A stretch of DNA of 49,348 nucleotides from Flavobacteriales bacterium (lineage in GTDB: Bacteria > Bacteroidota > Bacteroidia > NORP154): positions 6,621 through 55,968 of the forward strand of contig DTSC01000331.1 of NCBI GenBank assembly GCA_012965625.1, given 5' to 3'. Positions 28,141-37,521 of this stretch are shown piece by piece. Position numbers and translations under genes: made by a program. The notes under the pieces were generated by a model, which worked only from the letters and a program-made list of their open reading frames with translations, did not search any database and was not told where the DNA came from. Every line of letters starts with the position of its first letter. Within the stretch, counting starts at the first letter, position 1.

Positions 28141-28428
28141 ATGACTAAAGCGGATATCGTTAATGAGATTTCCTTAAAAACAGGGATTGAAAAAATTGCA
28201 GTTCAGACAACTGTTGAAGCTTTTATGAATGAAGTGAAAAATGCAATGTCAAATGGCAAGAATGTATATCTGAGAGGGTTTGGTAGTTTTGTGATAAAGA
28301 AAAGAGCGGAAAAAACAGGGAGGAACATTACAAAAAATACCACACTGATTATTCCTGCTCATAATATACCTGCGTTTAAACCGGCTAAAACCTTTGCAAT
28401 TAAGGTGAAGAATAACGTGCCGGCATAA
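28141..28428 (+). CDS. HU-family DNA-binding protein
   Basis: 95 aa. MTKADIVNEISLKTG...VYLRGFGSFVIKKRAEKTGRNITKNTTLIIPAHNIPAFKPAK is the canonical HU/IHF fold signature. Confidence 0.9.
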   Translation: MTKADIVNEISLKTGIEKIAVQTTVEAFMNEVKNAMSNGKNVYLRGFGSFVIKKRAEKTGRNITKNTTLIIPAHNIPAFKPAKTFAIKVKNNVPA

Positions 28429-28449
28429 TAACCTTTCAGGTTTGTTGTT

Positions 28450-28947
28450 ATGATTACAATTTCAAAAAACCAACGATTTGTTTTTATTGGTGCTATCGTG
28501 CTTTTAATAGGCATTATGGTTTTACCAAGGACGGTCGGTTTGGATAATAGCAATAACACAACAACACTTAAAAAGAATGAAGGAGCGTTTGAAATGCAGG
28601 TTGAAAAAGGAATATCAACAACTTTAAATAGTGAGGCTCCTATGCAGGGTATTATGATGTTAAGGGATGTTTTGGATAAAGATCCTGATAATGTGAAAGC
28701 ACATTACGCTTTAGGCGTGCTGTCTGTTATTTCGATGCAATATGATAAAGCAAATGAGCGTTTCAGGAAAGTTTCAGATATTATAGACCTAGATCAAGAT
28801 GCAGCTAGATTCTTAGCAGAGGTATATGTGAAGGAAGGAAAAAAACCCATGGTTATTGAATCATTAAATAAATTTATTGCCTTAGCTGATGATGAAGTTG
28901 TCATTAAGCAGGCAAAAGAACTAATCAATGAATTAAAAAACATTTAA
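28450..28947 (+). CDS. Membrane-anchored TPR-like protein
   Basis: N-terminal TM helix (FVFIGAIVLLIGIMVL) and a TPR-like segment (LRDVLDKDPDNVKAHYALGVLSVISMQYDKANERF). Confidence 0.5.
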   Translation: MITISKNQRFVFIGAIVLLIGIMVLPRTVGLDNSNNTTTLKKNEGAFEMQVEKGISTTLNSEAPMQGIMMLRDVLDKDPDNVKAHYALGVLSVISMQYDKANERFRKVSDIIDLDQDAARFLAEVYVKEGKKPMVIESLNKFIALADDEVVIKQAKELINELKNI

Positions 28948-28957
28948 ATCGTTTGTT

Positions 28958-29050
28958 ATGCCAAGCGGAAAAAAGAGAAAAAGACATAAAATGGCTACCC
29001 ATAAACGCAAAAAGCGTTTGAAGAAAAATAGACATAAGAAGAAAGTATAA
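28958..29050 (+). CDS. 30-aa ultra-basic protein, bS22-like (AURKAIP1/COX24-domain small ribosomal protein)
   Basis: ATG 28958 to TAA 29048..29050 encodes MPSGKKRKRHKMATHKRKKRLKKNRHKKKV. It resembles mycobacterial bS22 (..[20 protein letters not shown]..). It is below the ORF-track length cut-off and lies 10 nt after the TPR gene stop. Confidence 0.65.
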   Translation: MPSGKKRKRHKMATHKRKKRLKKNRHKKKV

Positions 29051-29184
29051 CTACGTTGTATTTGGCACAATCGTTTGCCTAATCAGGTTAATAAATACCA
29101 TTTCGGTTCTCTTCAGTTCAATCTTTTTACTTAAATACAGTAAATGATTGACCATAGCTTAGCATACAAGTAAAAACACTTGTT

Positions 29185-30738
29185 GTGAACAAAGATCTTT
29201 ATATTGACTCCACTTCGTCTGTTGATGTGCAGATGGCACTGATGGAGGATAAAAAACTGGTAGAATTAAATCAGGATGATGGCGATCATCGCTTTTCTGT
29301 AGGTGATCTGTATCTTGGTAGGGTTAAAAAAGTAATGGCTGGATTGAATGCGGCCTTTGTAGATATAGGTTATGAGAAAGATGCCTTTCTGCATTATCTC
29401 GATCTAGGCCCTCAATTTAAATCTCTTTCAAAATTTGTTAAAAGCGGAATGTCCAATCAAACTATTGGGCCATTGTTTGAGAACTTGTCATTTGAGAAGG
29501 AGATTGATAAAAACGGAAAAATTACCAAAATCTTAGCTGCAAACCAGAATGTATTGGTGCAAATTGTTAAAGAGCCCATTTCAACAAAAGGCCCCCGAAT
29601 TGGTTGTGAGCTTTCATTGGCAGGTAGATTCCTGGTTCTTATTCCCTTTAATGATAAGATTTCCATTTCTCAAAAAATAGCAAGCCCAGAAGAGAGAAAC
29701 CGGTTAAAGCGTCTTATCCAGAGCATAAAGCCTAAAAATTTTGGAGTCATTGTTAGAACGGTTGCGGAGAACAAAAAGGTTGCAGAGTTAGATACTGATT
29801 TGAGTGACCTTGTAAAAAGATGGAAAACATGTTATGAACTTTTGAAATCTGCAAAGCCACCGAAGAAAGTATTGGGAGAAATTAGCAGGACTTCGGCCAT
29901 GCTTCGTGATATACTGAATGCCTCCTTTAACAGCATTTTTGTGGACGACAAAACGCTATATGAAGAGATGAGATCATATATCAAATCAATATCTCCTGAG
30001 CAAGAGAAAATCGTTAAGTTTTTCAGTGGTAAGACTACCATTTTTGAGCATTTTGGTATTGATAAGCAAATCAAGTCTTCTTTTGGAAAATTTGTTACCA
30101 TGAAAAGCAGGGCATACCTTGTTATTGAACATACTGAAGCACTTCATGTAATTGATGTCAATAGTGGCAGCAGATCTAATTCTGATGCTGATCAGGAAAC
30201 CAATGCTCTTGCGGTTAATCTTGATGCTGCAGAGGAGATTGCTAGGCAGCTAAGGTTGAGAGATATGGGGGGCATAATAGTAGTTGATTTTATTGATCTA
30301 TATTCTTCTGAAAACAGGAAAAAGCTTTATCAAAAACTTAAGGATGTAATGGCCGATGATAGGGCAAAGCATAAGATTCTACCGCCTAGTCGATTTGGCT
30401 TAGTTCAAATTACAAGACAAAGAGTCAGGCCAGAGATGAATATTGCGACAGCTGAAAAGTGCCCCTCATGTAATGGAACCGGTGAAATTCAACCCACCAT
30501 CTTGCTGATTGATACTATTGAACAAAACATCAACTATCTTTTTCATGAACAAAATGAACCCTCATTAATGGTATGTGTTCATCCTTTTGTGGAAGCGTTT
30601 CTTACAAAAGGGGTGGTGTCAATTCAAAACAAATGGTTTCTCCGATATAAAAAAAGGGTGAAGGTAAAATCCGTTTCTTCTTATCACTTAACTGAGATTA
30701 GGTTCTTCAACAAGAATGAAGAGGAAATTAAGACCTGA
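29185..30738 (+). CDS. rng: Rne/Rng-family ribonuclease (RNase G-like)
   Basis: S1 domain (VGDLYLGRVKKVMAGLNAAFVDIGYEKDAFLH). Catalytic core (HTEALHVIDVNSG, NLDAAEEIARQLRLRDMGGIIVVDFID, SRFGLVQITRQR). Zn-link CPSCNGTG. GTG start. Confidence 0.85.
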   Translation: MNKDLYIDSTSSVDVQMALMEDKKLVELNQDDGDHRFSVGDLYLGRVKKVMAGLNAAFVDIGYEKDAFLHYLDLGPQFKSLSKFVKSGMSNQTIGPLFENLSFEKEIDKNGKITKILAANQNVLVQIVKEPISTKGPRIGCELSLAGRFLVLIPFNDKISISQKIASPEERNRLKRLIQSIKPKNFGVIVRTVAENKKVAELDTDLSDLVKRWKTCYELLKSAKPPKKVLGEISRTSAMLRDILNASFNSIFVDDKTLYEEMRSYIKSISPEQEKIVKFFSGKTTIFEHFGIDKQIKSSFGKFVTMKSRAYLVIEHTEALHVIDVNSGSRSNSDADQETNALAVNLDAAEEIARQLRLRDMGGIIVVDFIDLYSSENRKKLYQKLKDVMADDRAKHKILPPSRFGLVQITRQRVRPEMNIATAEKCPSCNGTGEIQPTILLIDTIEQNINYLFHEQNEPSLMVCVHPFVEAFLTKGVVSIQNKWFLRYKKRVKVKSVSSYHLTEIRFFNKNEEEIKT

Positions 30739-31993
30739 TCAATTTTTTGTAATAAAGAAGCTGAGGAATTATTGAGCATAGGATAAAAGCACCCATGATC
30801 AAAAACGTGTAAATAACGTTGTTCTCATTGGTGAAGAAGGGGGCGGTAAACAATGAAATAAGGATCAAGCGGAAGAGTACGTTTGTCATTCCAAAAACAC
30901 TTCCCGTCCTTCCTATTACGTTATTTGGAATATTCTCAAACAACCAGGTCATTCTTAAGATCCGTATCCCTGCATTGCTCATTCCGATAAAGAAAAGGCC
31001 GATGAAAAAAATCAGGATATTGGTGTTCTCTATAAAATAAAAGTAAAAGCCAGCCGTGAGCAACGACATTGTAATTATGGCTACAACCGAATGGGTTTTT
31101 TTTAAAACCCAATGTATTCCAATTCCGGCCAGAATGGCTCCAAAAGCAAAAAACCCATCTGATATAGCATAAACTCCAGCCCCACCGCCCAGATGGTTGT
31201 TTATGTAAATGGGGGCTATATAGAAACCAATTACCAAAACCGTAACAAATACGGCAAATGTTGAGACCCCAAAAAGGAAGATGATTTTATGTTGCATTAA
31301 ATAATTCAAGCCATATTGAATCCTAACCATAATGGAGCCCTCTTCTTTTTCCTTTCCAGCAATCCGTTGATATTTCATCATTGAAATAAGAACAAAGGCC
31401 AGGACATAGGTGATGCCATCAAGCATAAAGATCTCATGCAAGTCCCATTTTTGGATCGTAAAGGGCCAATTAAGGTCAGTGCCAAACAGTTCCAGCGAAC
31501 CGAGATCGGGCCCCGCTAAAAGGAGTGCCGCCATTCCGCCTCCCAACATATTGGTCATTTGTCCTTGTATTTCAATATAGGAGGTTATCTTTCCGTATTG
31601 ATGAGGTTCTGTAATTTCTTGTGCAAAAGCATACAGGTTCGGATAATGGATGGAGTACACAAAATAGGTGGTGGCAAAAACAAGTGCTGCTAAATAGTAA
31701 TGAATGCCCCCTGCCATATATCCGGAAATGGAAACCGACAATAATATGATGCTGCCTGTCGCACAGAGGGCCATAAAGATCCGTTTTCGATTGTACTTGT
31801 CTATTATCGAGCCCGCCAGCAAACCCCAAAACAGGGAAAGAAAAGTGATGCTTGCGTAAAGGACTCCAAAAAACGCGGGCATTCCAAGCACTGAAGTAAA
31901 ATGCCAGGGTATTGCGATCATGCTGATTCCTTGCGCAATGCCTGAAACAGTGTTGGCAAGAAACAAAAAGAAAATCGCTTTCTGGTTTTTCAT
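30728..31993 (-). CDS. MFS transporter
   Basis: 421 aa, about 12 predicted TM helices. An MFS-type loop motif DKYNRKR lies after TM2. Confidence 0.8.
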   Translation of the reverse strand: MKNQKAIFFLFLANTVSGIAQGISMIAIPWHFTSVLGMPAFFGVLYASITFLSLFWGLLAGSIIDKYNRKRIFMALCATGSIILLSVSISGYMAGGIHYYLAALVFATTYFVYSIHYPNLYAFAQEITEPHQYGKITSYIEIQGQMTNMLGGGMAALLLAGPDLGSLELFGTDLNWPFTIQKWDLHEIFMLDGITYVLAFVLISMMKYQRIAGKEKEEGSIMVRIQYGLNYLMQHKIIFLFGVSTFAVFVTVLVIGFYIAPIYINNHLGGGAGVYAISDGFFAFGAILAGIGIHWVLKKTHSVVAIITMSLLTAGFYFYFIENTNILIFFIGLFFIGMSNAGIRILRMTWLFENIPNNVIGRTGSVFGMTNVLFRLILISLFTAPFFTNENNVIYTFLIMGAFILCSIIPQLLYYKKLIRS

Positions 31994-32109
31994 AAATTAG
32001 CCTTTTCTAAACGCTGTAAAATTTTGGACAAAGCTAAAGGGAATTTAATAGGGATTCTAAAATTGAAAATTTAGATACCAACCATTCGCCAAAAGCATTA
32101 AACGGACAG

Positions 32110-32583
32110 ATGAATAAAATTAAAAAGGTCATTGGCACCGCAATATTTTTAAGAAAAGCGCGGCATTATTGTGCTTATCGTGAACGCTGCCATAAGGAGG
32201 TGTATTCCAAATTATTGGAATGGGGGTCTAGCTCCAAATTGTCAGAGGAAATTTTAAGTGATCTGATTACATCAGGATTCGTTAATGAAGAACGATATGC
32301 AAAGCATTATGCTGGGAGTAAGTTTAGGCAAAAAAAATGGGGCAAGGTTAAAATTAAGCGGGAACTCCAAAAAAGGCATATAAGTGAATATTGTATTGCA
32401 ATGGGGATGAAGGAAATTGAAGAAGAAGATTACCTGAAAACGTTAAAGCAGATAATCGAAAAGAAAAAAACAGAATTTAGATCAGATAAACTTGGGCTTC
32501 GTAATAATAAAATAGGAAAATATTGTATTCAAAAAGGTTTTGAGCCAGCGCTAGTTTGGGAAGAACTGAAGCAAGCTAGCTAA
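32110..32583 (+). CDS. recX: Regulatory protein RecX
   Basis: 157 aa. ARHYCAYRERCHKEVYSKLLEWG and repeated three-helix units (..FVNEERYAKHYA..) are typical of the RecX family. Confidence 0.75.
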   Translation: MNKIKKVIGTAIFLRKARHYCAYRERCHKEVYSKLLEWGSSSKLSEEILSDLITSGFVNEERYAKHYAGSKFRQKKWGKVKIKRELQKRHISEYCIAMGMKEIEEEDYLKTLKQIIEKKKTEFRSDKLGLRNNKIGKYCIQKGFEPALVWEELKQAS

Positions 32584-32630
32584 TATTGGGTAAAAACCAT
32601 TGATTCAAAGCGAGTTTGATTTTAAGATTG

Positions 32631-32638
32631 TATTTTTG
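32631..32638 (+). promoter_or_regulatory. -7 box candidate TATTTTTG
   Basis: Exact TAnnTTTG match 23 nt upstream of the ATG at 32661. Nearby TTGs are at non-canonical spacing (12 or 28 nt). Confidence 0.3.
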
Positions 32639-32660
32639 GCTGATATAATTTCCAGAATCT

Positions 32661-34580
32661 ATGATAACGAGAATAAGTACAATCCTGATTATATGCTTTT
32701 TTGTCTCTTCTGCCATTTCTCAAAACACCCTGTTTTTCCAGAACAATACGGGCATTGATTACATTGTGCAGATTGAACAAGGGGGTAATGTTACGATGGA
32801 TACGAACCAATGGAGCCAATTTATATATCTGGAAACGGCATGGAACTTCAAAGATGCTCTTATTGACATAAATGTGGATACTGCTATTAGTAATGGAGAC
32901 ACCATAGATTTTATGATAAACCTTATCTCAGGATTAGATACAATAGCCCTGAAGGTTCGTTTTGTGGGGGTAAATTCAACAACAACCTGCTTTTATTCGG
33001 CTTCAGGAGATTCTTTTTCTCACCCTTGGAGCTCTGATGGTTATTTTCATAGCCAACAGATTATCATAAACGGCGTAGAGATGACCCTGAAATATAAAAT
33101 TGAAGTGGACGTCGATGATGGGCAGGACAATGTTGTTTTTGCATTGCAGGAGAACTTCTATTATTCATTGGATTCTGCAGATTTTTCAGATCCATATGTG
33201 ATAAATGTGATGGCTTATAATATCCAGCATATGCCTTTAATTACAGATAATTTTTATGAGAGGGGCGTTTTTTTGCCACCCCTGTTTTCTCCTTACCAGG
33301 ATGTTGTAATATTTGAAGAGCTTTTTAGTGATTCCTCCAGAAGCAATTTTGTGACTCCAGCCATGCTTGCAGCTGGGTTTTCTTATTATACTACTATTTT
33401 AAATGATACTGCCCTGACTTCTATTAACACCACTACTAATGGAGGAGTGATTATCTATAGCAAATGGCCAATTGAGCTTGAGGCAGAATATAAATATGCA
33501 AATTGCTACGGACTCTTGTCTAACGCATCTGATTGCCTTGCAAGCAAGGGGATAAAATATGCTAAGATCAACAAGCTCGGTCAATTTTATCATGTTTTTG
33601 GAACCCATATGGAAGCAGGTGGAGGCACAGAAGATGTGCAAGTTAGAAAAGAACAGTATGGTGAAATGAGGGACTTTATTTCTGATCAGGGTATACCTAC
33701 AGACGAAGCGGTTATATTTGCCGGAGATTTAAACACTGGCCCAACTGACGGGCTTGAGTACGATGCAATCCTAGATAGTACTAATCCAATAATTCCCCTG
33801 CATATTGGATATTATGAATCAACATTTTCCTATGGAGATACGGGAAGGATCATTGACCATGTATGGGGTATGTCAGACTATTTGCTGCCTGTTTCAGCAT
33901 ATAACTCAGTTTTTACCTTTAGAAGTGTGGATAGCATTATGTGGGACATATTTGATTTTAGTGACCACCGGACAGTAATAGGACGGTTTGTTTATCCCAA
34001 TATCCAGCCAGATAATATTGACACTAACTTATGTGAGGGGGATTCTCTTACGTTGAATATTGCAGCGAACGGTATATTGAACTATCAATGGCAACAAAAT
34101 GGAAATCTTATTGTCGGTGCTACCTCGAATTTCCATAACATTAATAATCCGTCTGCGAGCTCAATTGGTGTTTATTCCTGTGATGTTATAAACACCCCAA
34201 TATTTGGAGGTGAAAATGATGTGCTGACTCAGATGTTTTATCCTGATGGGCCTATAACATACATCCAATCGTTTTCCTATAATATCGCAACAATAGGTTT
34301 TCAAAACCCTTGTGGCGTAGGTTGGCAAGAGCAAATTGAGGACAAACAATCTTTTAAAGTTGTCCCAAATATAAACCATGGCCGGTTTAAGCTGGAGATT
34401 AAATTAGGTCTGTTGAATGCAGAAGTATATATATATAATTCAATAGGGCAGATTGTTGATGAAAGAATTGTTCATGATAAAACCATTGAGTTTAATATTT
34501 CAGGTTTGCAATCAGGAGTATATTGGGCTTTGCTAAAAAATTCAAAAAAGGCATTGGTTCAGAAATTTATTATCTACTAA
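32661..34580 (+). CDS. Sphingomyelinase-C-like phosphodiesterase (endonuclease/exonuclease/phosphatase fold) with N-terminal extra domain, Ig-like domain and T9SS type-A C-terminal sorting domain
   Basis: Block-by-block resemblance to Bacillus SMase C as I remember it:
- VMAYNIQ..DVVIFEELF
- GGVIIYSKWPI (SMase: GGVAIVSKWPI)
- SKGIKYAKINKLGQFYHVFGTHMEAG (NKGFVYTKI..FVHVIGTHLQAE)
- VRKEQYGEMRDFI
- IFAGDLNTG
- FSDHRTV

An Ig-like segment follows (CEGDSLTLNIAANG..YQWQQNG..GVYSCDV), then the CTD FKVVPNINHGRFKLEI...QKFIIY. Confidence 0.75.
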   Translation: MITRISTILIICFFVSSAISQNTLFFQNNTGIDYIVQIEQGGNVTMDTNQWSQFIYLETAWNFKDALIDINVDTAISNGDTIDFMINLISGLDTIALKVRFVGVNSTTTCFYSASGDSFSHPWSSDGYFHSQQIIINGVEMTLKYKIEVDVDDGQDNVVFALQENFYYSLDSADFSDPYVINVMAYNIQHMPLITDNFYERGVFLPPLFSPYQDVVIFEELFSDSSRSNFVTPAMLAAGFSYYTTILNDTALTSINTTTNGGVIIYSKWPIELEAEYKYANCYGLLSNASDCLASKGIKYAKINKLGQFYHVFGTHMEAGGGTEDVQVRKEQYGEMRDFISDQGIPTDEAVIFAGDLNTGPTDGLEYDAILDSTNPIIPLHIGYYESTFSYGDTGRIIDHVWGMSDYLLPVSAYNSVFTFRSVDSIMWDIFDFSDHRTVIGRFVYPNIQPDNIDTNLCEGDSLTLNIAANGILNYQWQQNGNLIVGATSNFHNINNPSASSIGVYSCDVINTPIFGGENDVLTQMFYPDGPITYIQSFSYNIATIGFQNPCGVGWQEQIEDKQSFKVVPNINHGRFKLEIKLGLLNAEVYIYNSIGQIVDERIVHDKTIEFNISGLQSGVYWALLKNSKKALVQKFIIY

Positions 34581-34598
34581 CATTAATTTTAAGACCTT

Positions 34599-35688
34599 AT
34601 GATCGCAAGTGACCAACTAAATGATCTCAAGGAGCGCCTGGATGCGTTGAGGAGGTATCTTTGACATTGATGGTAAGCTTCAGAAGATATCAGAAGAGGA
34701 AATAATTACTCATGAAGCTGGGTTTTGGGATGATGCTAAAAAGGCCGAAGTTTTTCTGAAAAAGATTGCAAAAAAGAAGCTATGGACCAATTCCTTTAAA
34801 GAAGCCGTCGACAGCTATGATGATCTGATGGTTTTAGTTGATTTTCAGCAGGAAGGTGAGGCTGAAGATGATGAGATACAGGAACAGCTTGATCTATGCT
34901 TAAAGCATGTTGAAGACCTGGAGTTCAAGAATATGCTATCTGGAGAGGAGGATGGACTTAATGCAATCCTGCAGATCAACTCAGGTGCTGGTGGTACAGA
35001 AAGCCAGGATTGGGCTGATATGCTTTTGAGAATGTATATTATGTGGGGAGAGAAAAATGGCTGTATCGTCAAACAGCTGGACCATCAACCTGGAGATGGC
35101 GCAGGAATAAAATCAGTTACGATAGAAATAGATGGAGATTTTGCTTTTGGGTATCTGAAAGGTGAGAATGGCGTACACAGGCTCGTTCGAATTTCTCCTT
35201 TTGATTCAAATAAAAAGAGACACACATCCTTTGCCTCAGTTTTTGTCTACCCACTATTAGATGAAGGCATTGAGATTGAAATCAATACAGCAGATATTTC
35301 CTGGGAAACATATAGGTCTGGAGGTGCTGGGGGCCAATCCGTTAACAAGATTGAAACTGCTGTAAGGCTAAGACATGCGCCTTCAGGCATTGTAATTGAA
35401 AACTCTGAATCTAGATCTCAGTTGGACAACAAAAACAAAGCCATGCATTTGTTGAAGTCACAGCTCTATGAACAAGCCTTAAGGGAGAAACAGGCGGAGA
35501 AAGACAAGCTGGAAAGCACCAAGAAAAAGATAGAATGGGGTTCGCAAATACGGAATTACGTGATGCACCCTTATAAAATGGTAAAAGACCTTAGAACGAA
35601 TCATGAAACTTCTAATGTGCAAGGAATCATGGATGGTGAATTAAACGAATTTATCAAAGCATACCTGATGGAGTTTGGTTCAAAATAA
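34599..35688 (+). CDS. prfB: Peptide chain release factor 2, expressed by programmed +1 frameshift: join(34599..34661,34663..35688)
   Basis: Frame 0 reads [21 protein letters not shown] then TGA. The +1 frame continues [13 protein letters not shown]... in frame with the track ORF 34828..35688, which carries SPF (RISPFDS) and GGQ ([11 protein letters not shown]). Confidence 0.95.
34650..34665 (+). promoter_or_regulatory. prfB: prfB +1 frameshift cassette: SD-like AGGAGG, 3-nt spacer TAT, slippery CTT, stop TGA, then C
   Basis: AGGAGGTATCTTTGAC compares with the E. coli AGGGGGUAUCUUUGAC. The spacing, spacer, shift codon and stop context are identical. Confidence 0.9.
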
Positions 35689-35747
35689 CAATATTAATTC
35701 CTACATTTACACCTTGAATTCAAAGCGCAATATTTTTTTTTAAATTC

Positions 35748-36086
35748 ATGAAGATATATCACAATCCCCGCTGTAGAAAAAGCCGTGAAACTCTGGCCAT
35801 CATCAATGAAAAAGGCGTGCCCGTGGAGGTTATTGAGTATCTAAAAGAGGTGCCTACAGCGAATGATTTAAATGACATTTTAAATAAATTAGGAATACCT
35901 GCAGACCAACTTCTTAGAAAAGGGGAGAAAGTTTATAAAGAGAACTTTCAAGGAAAGAATATGTCCAATGACCAATGGGTTAAGACGATGCTTGATAATC
36001 CCGTTTTAATTGAAAGGCCAATTGTTGTTACAGAGGAGAAAGCAATCCTTGGTAGGCCACCCGAGAATGTACTTGAACTATTATAA
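35748..36086 (+). CDS. arsC: Arsenate reductase (glutaredoxin-coupled ArsC family)
   Basis: IYHNPRCRKSR (catalytic Cys), LLRKGEKVY, IERPIVV and GRPPENVLELL line up with E. coli ArsC (IYHNPACGTSR, LLRK, NRPIVV, CRPSEVVLDIL). Confidence 0.75.
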   Translation: MKIYHNPRCRKSRETLAIINEKGVPVEVIEYLKEVPTANDLNDILNKLGIPADQLLRKGEKVYKENFQGKNMSNDQWVKTMLDNPVLIERPIVVTEEKAILGRPPENVLELL

Positions 36087-36095
36087 GCGAACATT

Positions 36096-37481
36096 ATGGA
36101 ATATAGAATTGAAAAAGACACTATGGGGGAAGTAAAGGTTCCCACAGATAAATATTGGGGAGCTCAAACAGAGCGATCCCGAAATAATTTTAAAATTGGC
36201 GGACAACATATGCCACAGGAAGTTATTCATGGATTTGCATATCTAAAGAAGGCTGCAGCCCTGACGAACCAGGAGCTCGGAGTCCTTGAAGAAGAAAAGT
36301 CCGACCTTATTGCCCAGGTGTGTGATGAAATACTAGAAGGGAAGCTTGATGACAATTTCCCTTTAGTTGTTTGGCAGACTGGTTCGGGTACGCAGTCAAA
36401 CATGAATGCCAATGAGGTCATTGCCAATAGGGCGCACGTTATTCAGGGCAATAAATTAGGTGAAGGAAAAACTTTCATTCATCCTAATGATGACGTAAAT
36501 AAATCACAATCATCAAACGACACCTTTCCGACAGCCATGCATATAGCGGGATATAAAATGATCTTGGAAACTACAATACCAGGGGTAGAGATGCTTAGAG
36601 ATACCTTGTTCAGCAAGGCAGATGAATTTAAGAAGGTCGTAAAAATTGGAAGAACTCACCTTATGGATGCAACGCCCTTAACGCTGGGGCAGGAATTTTC
36701 GGGCTATACGTCTCAGCTAGATCATGGCCTGAAAGCACTTAAAAATACACTGCCACATCTGGCTGAGCTAGCGTTGGGAGGAACAGCTGTCGGAACGGGG
36801 ATTAATACCCCTAAAGGTTATTCTGAATTGGTGGCTAAGAAAATAGCGGAATTAACAAGACTTCCCTTTGTTTCAGCGGAGAACAAATTCGAAGCATTAG
36901 CTGCCCATGATGCTATTGTGGAATGCTCAGGAGCCTTGAAACAGCTTGCAGTAAGCATGATGAAAATTGCTAATGACATTCGGCTGTTAGCCTCTGGGCC
37001 TAGATGTGGCATTGGTGAAATTCAATTACCAGCCAATGAACCTGGGTCTTCTATTATGCCCGGTAAGGTTAATCCTACTCAGTGTGAGGCCATGACCATG
37101 GTTTGTGCTCAGGTAATTGGAAATGATCAGGCAATAACTGTAGGGGGCATGAGCGGGCATTTTGAGCTTAATGTCTTTAAGCCCGTAATGATCTATAACT
37201 TGCTAATGGCAGCTCGATTAATTGGAGATGTTTGTGTGTCTTTTAATGTTAACTGTGCCAAAGGTATTGAGCCTAATCTTGCTGCTATTAAAGAGAACCT
37301 GGATAATTCATTGATGCTGGTTACTGCGTTAAATACTCATATTGGTTATGAGAAAGCTGCAGAAATAGCTAAAAACGCGCATAAGAATGGGACTACCCTG
37401 AAACAAGAAGCCGTAGCCTTAGGACATCTTACAGATGCAGAATTTGATGAATGGGTTGATCCAGCCAAGATGATCGGATAA
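36096..37481 (+). CDS. fumC: Class II fumarate hydratase
   Basis: [30 protein letters not shown], and [15 protein letters not shown] (the fumarate lyase signature). Confidence 0.95.
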
Positions 37482-37521
37482 GTACCGTGCTATAGCCTGG
37501 CACTTAAAATTGTCAGGATGA

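Noticed and set aside
29166-29183. Hairpin ACAAGT-AAAAAC-ACTTGT ending 1 nt before the GTG start of the RNase E/G gene. Considered as an autoregulatory leader element.
   Set aside because: The stem is 6 bp and AU-rich, so it is thermodynamically marginal. With no comparative data it could easily be chance.
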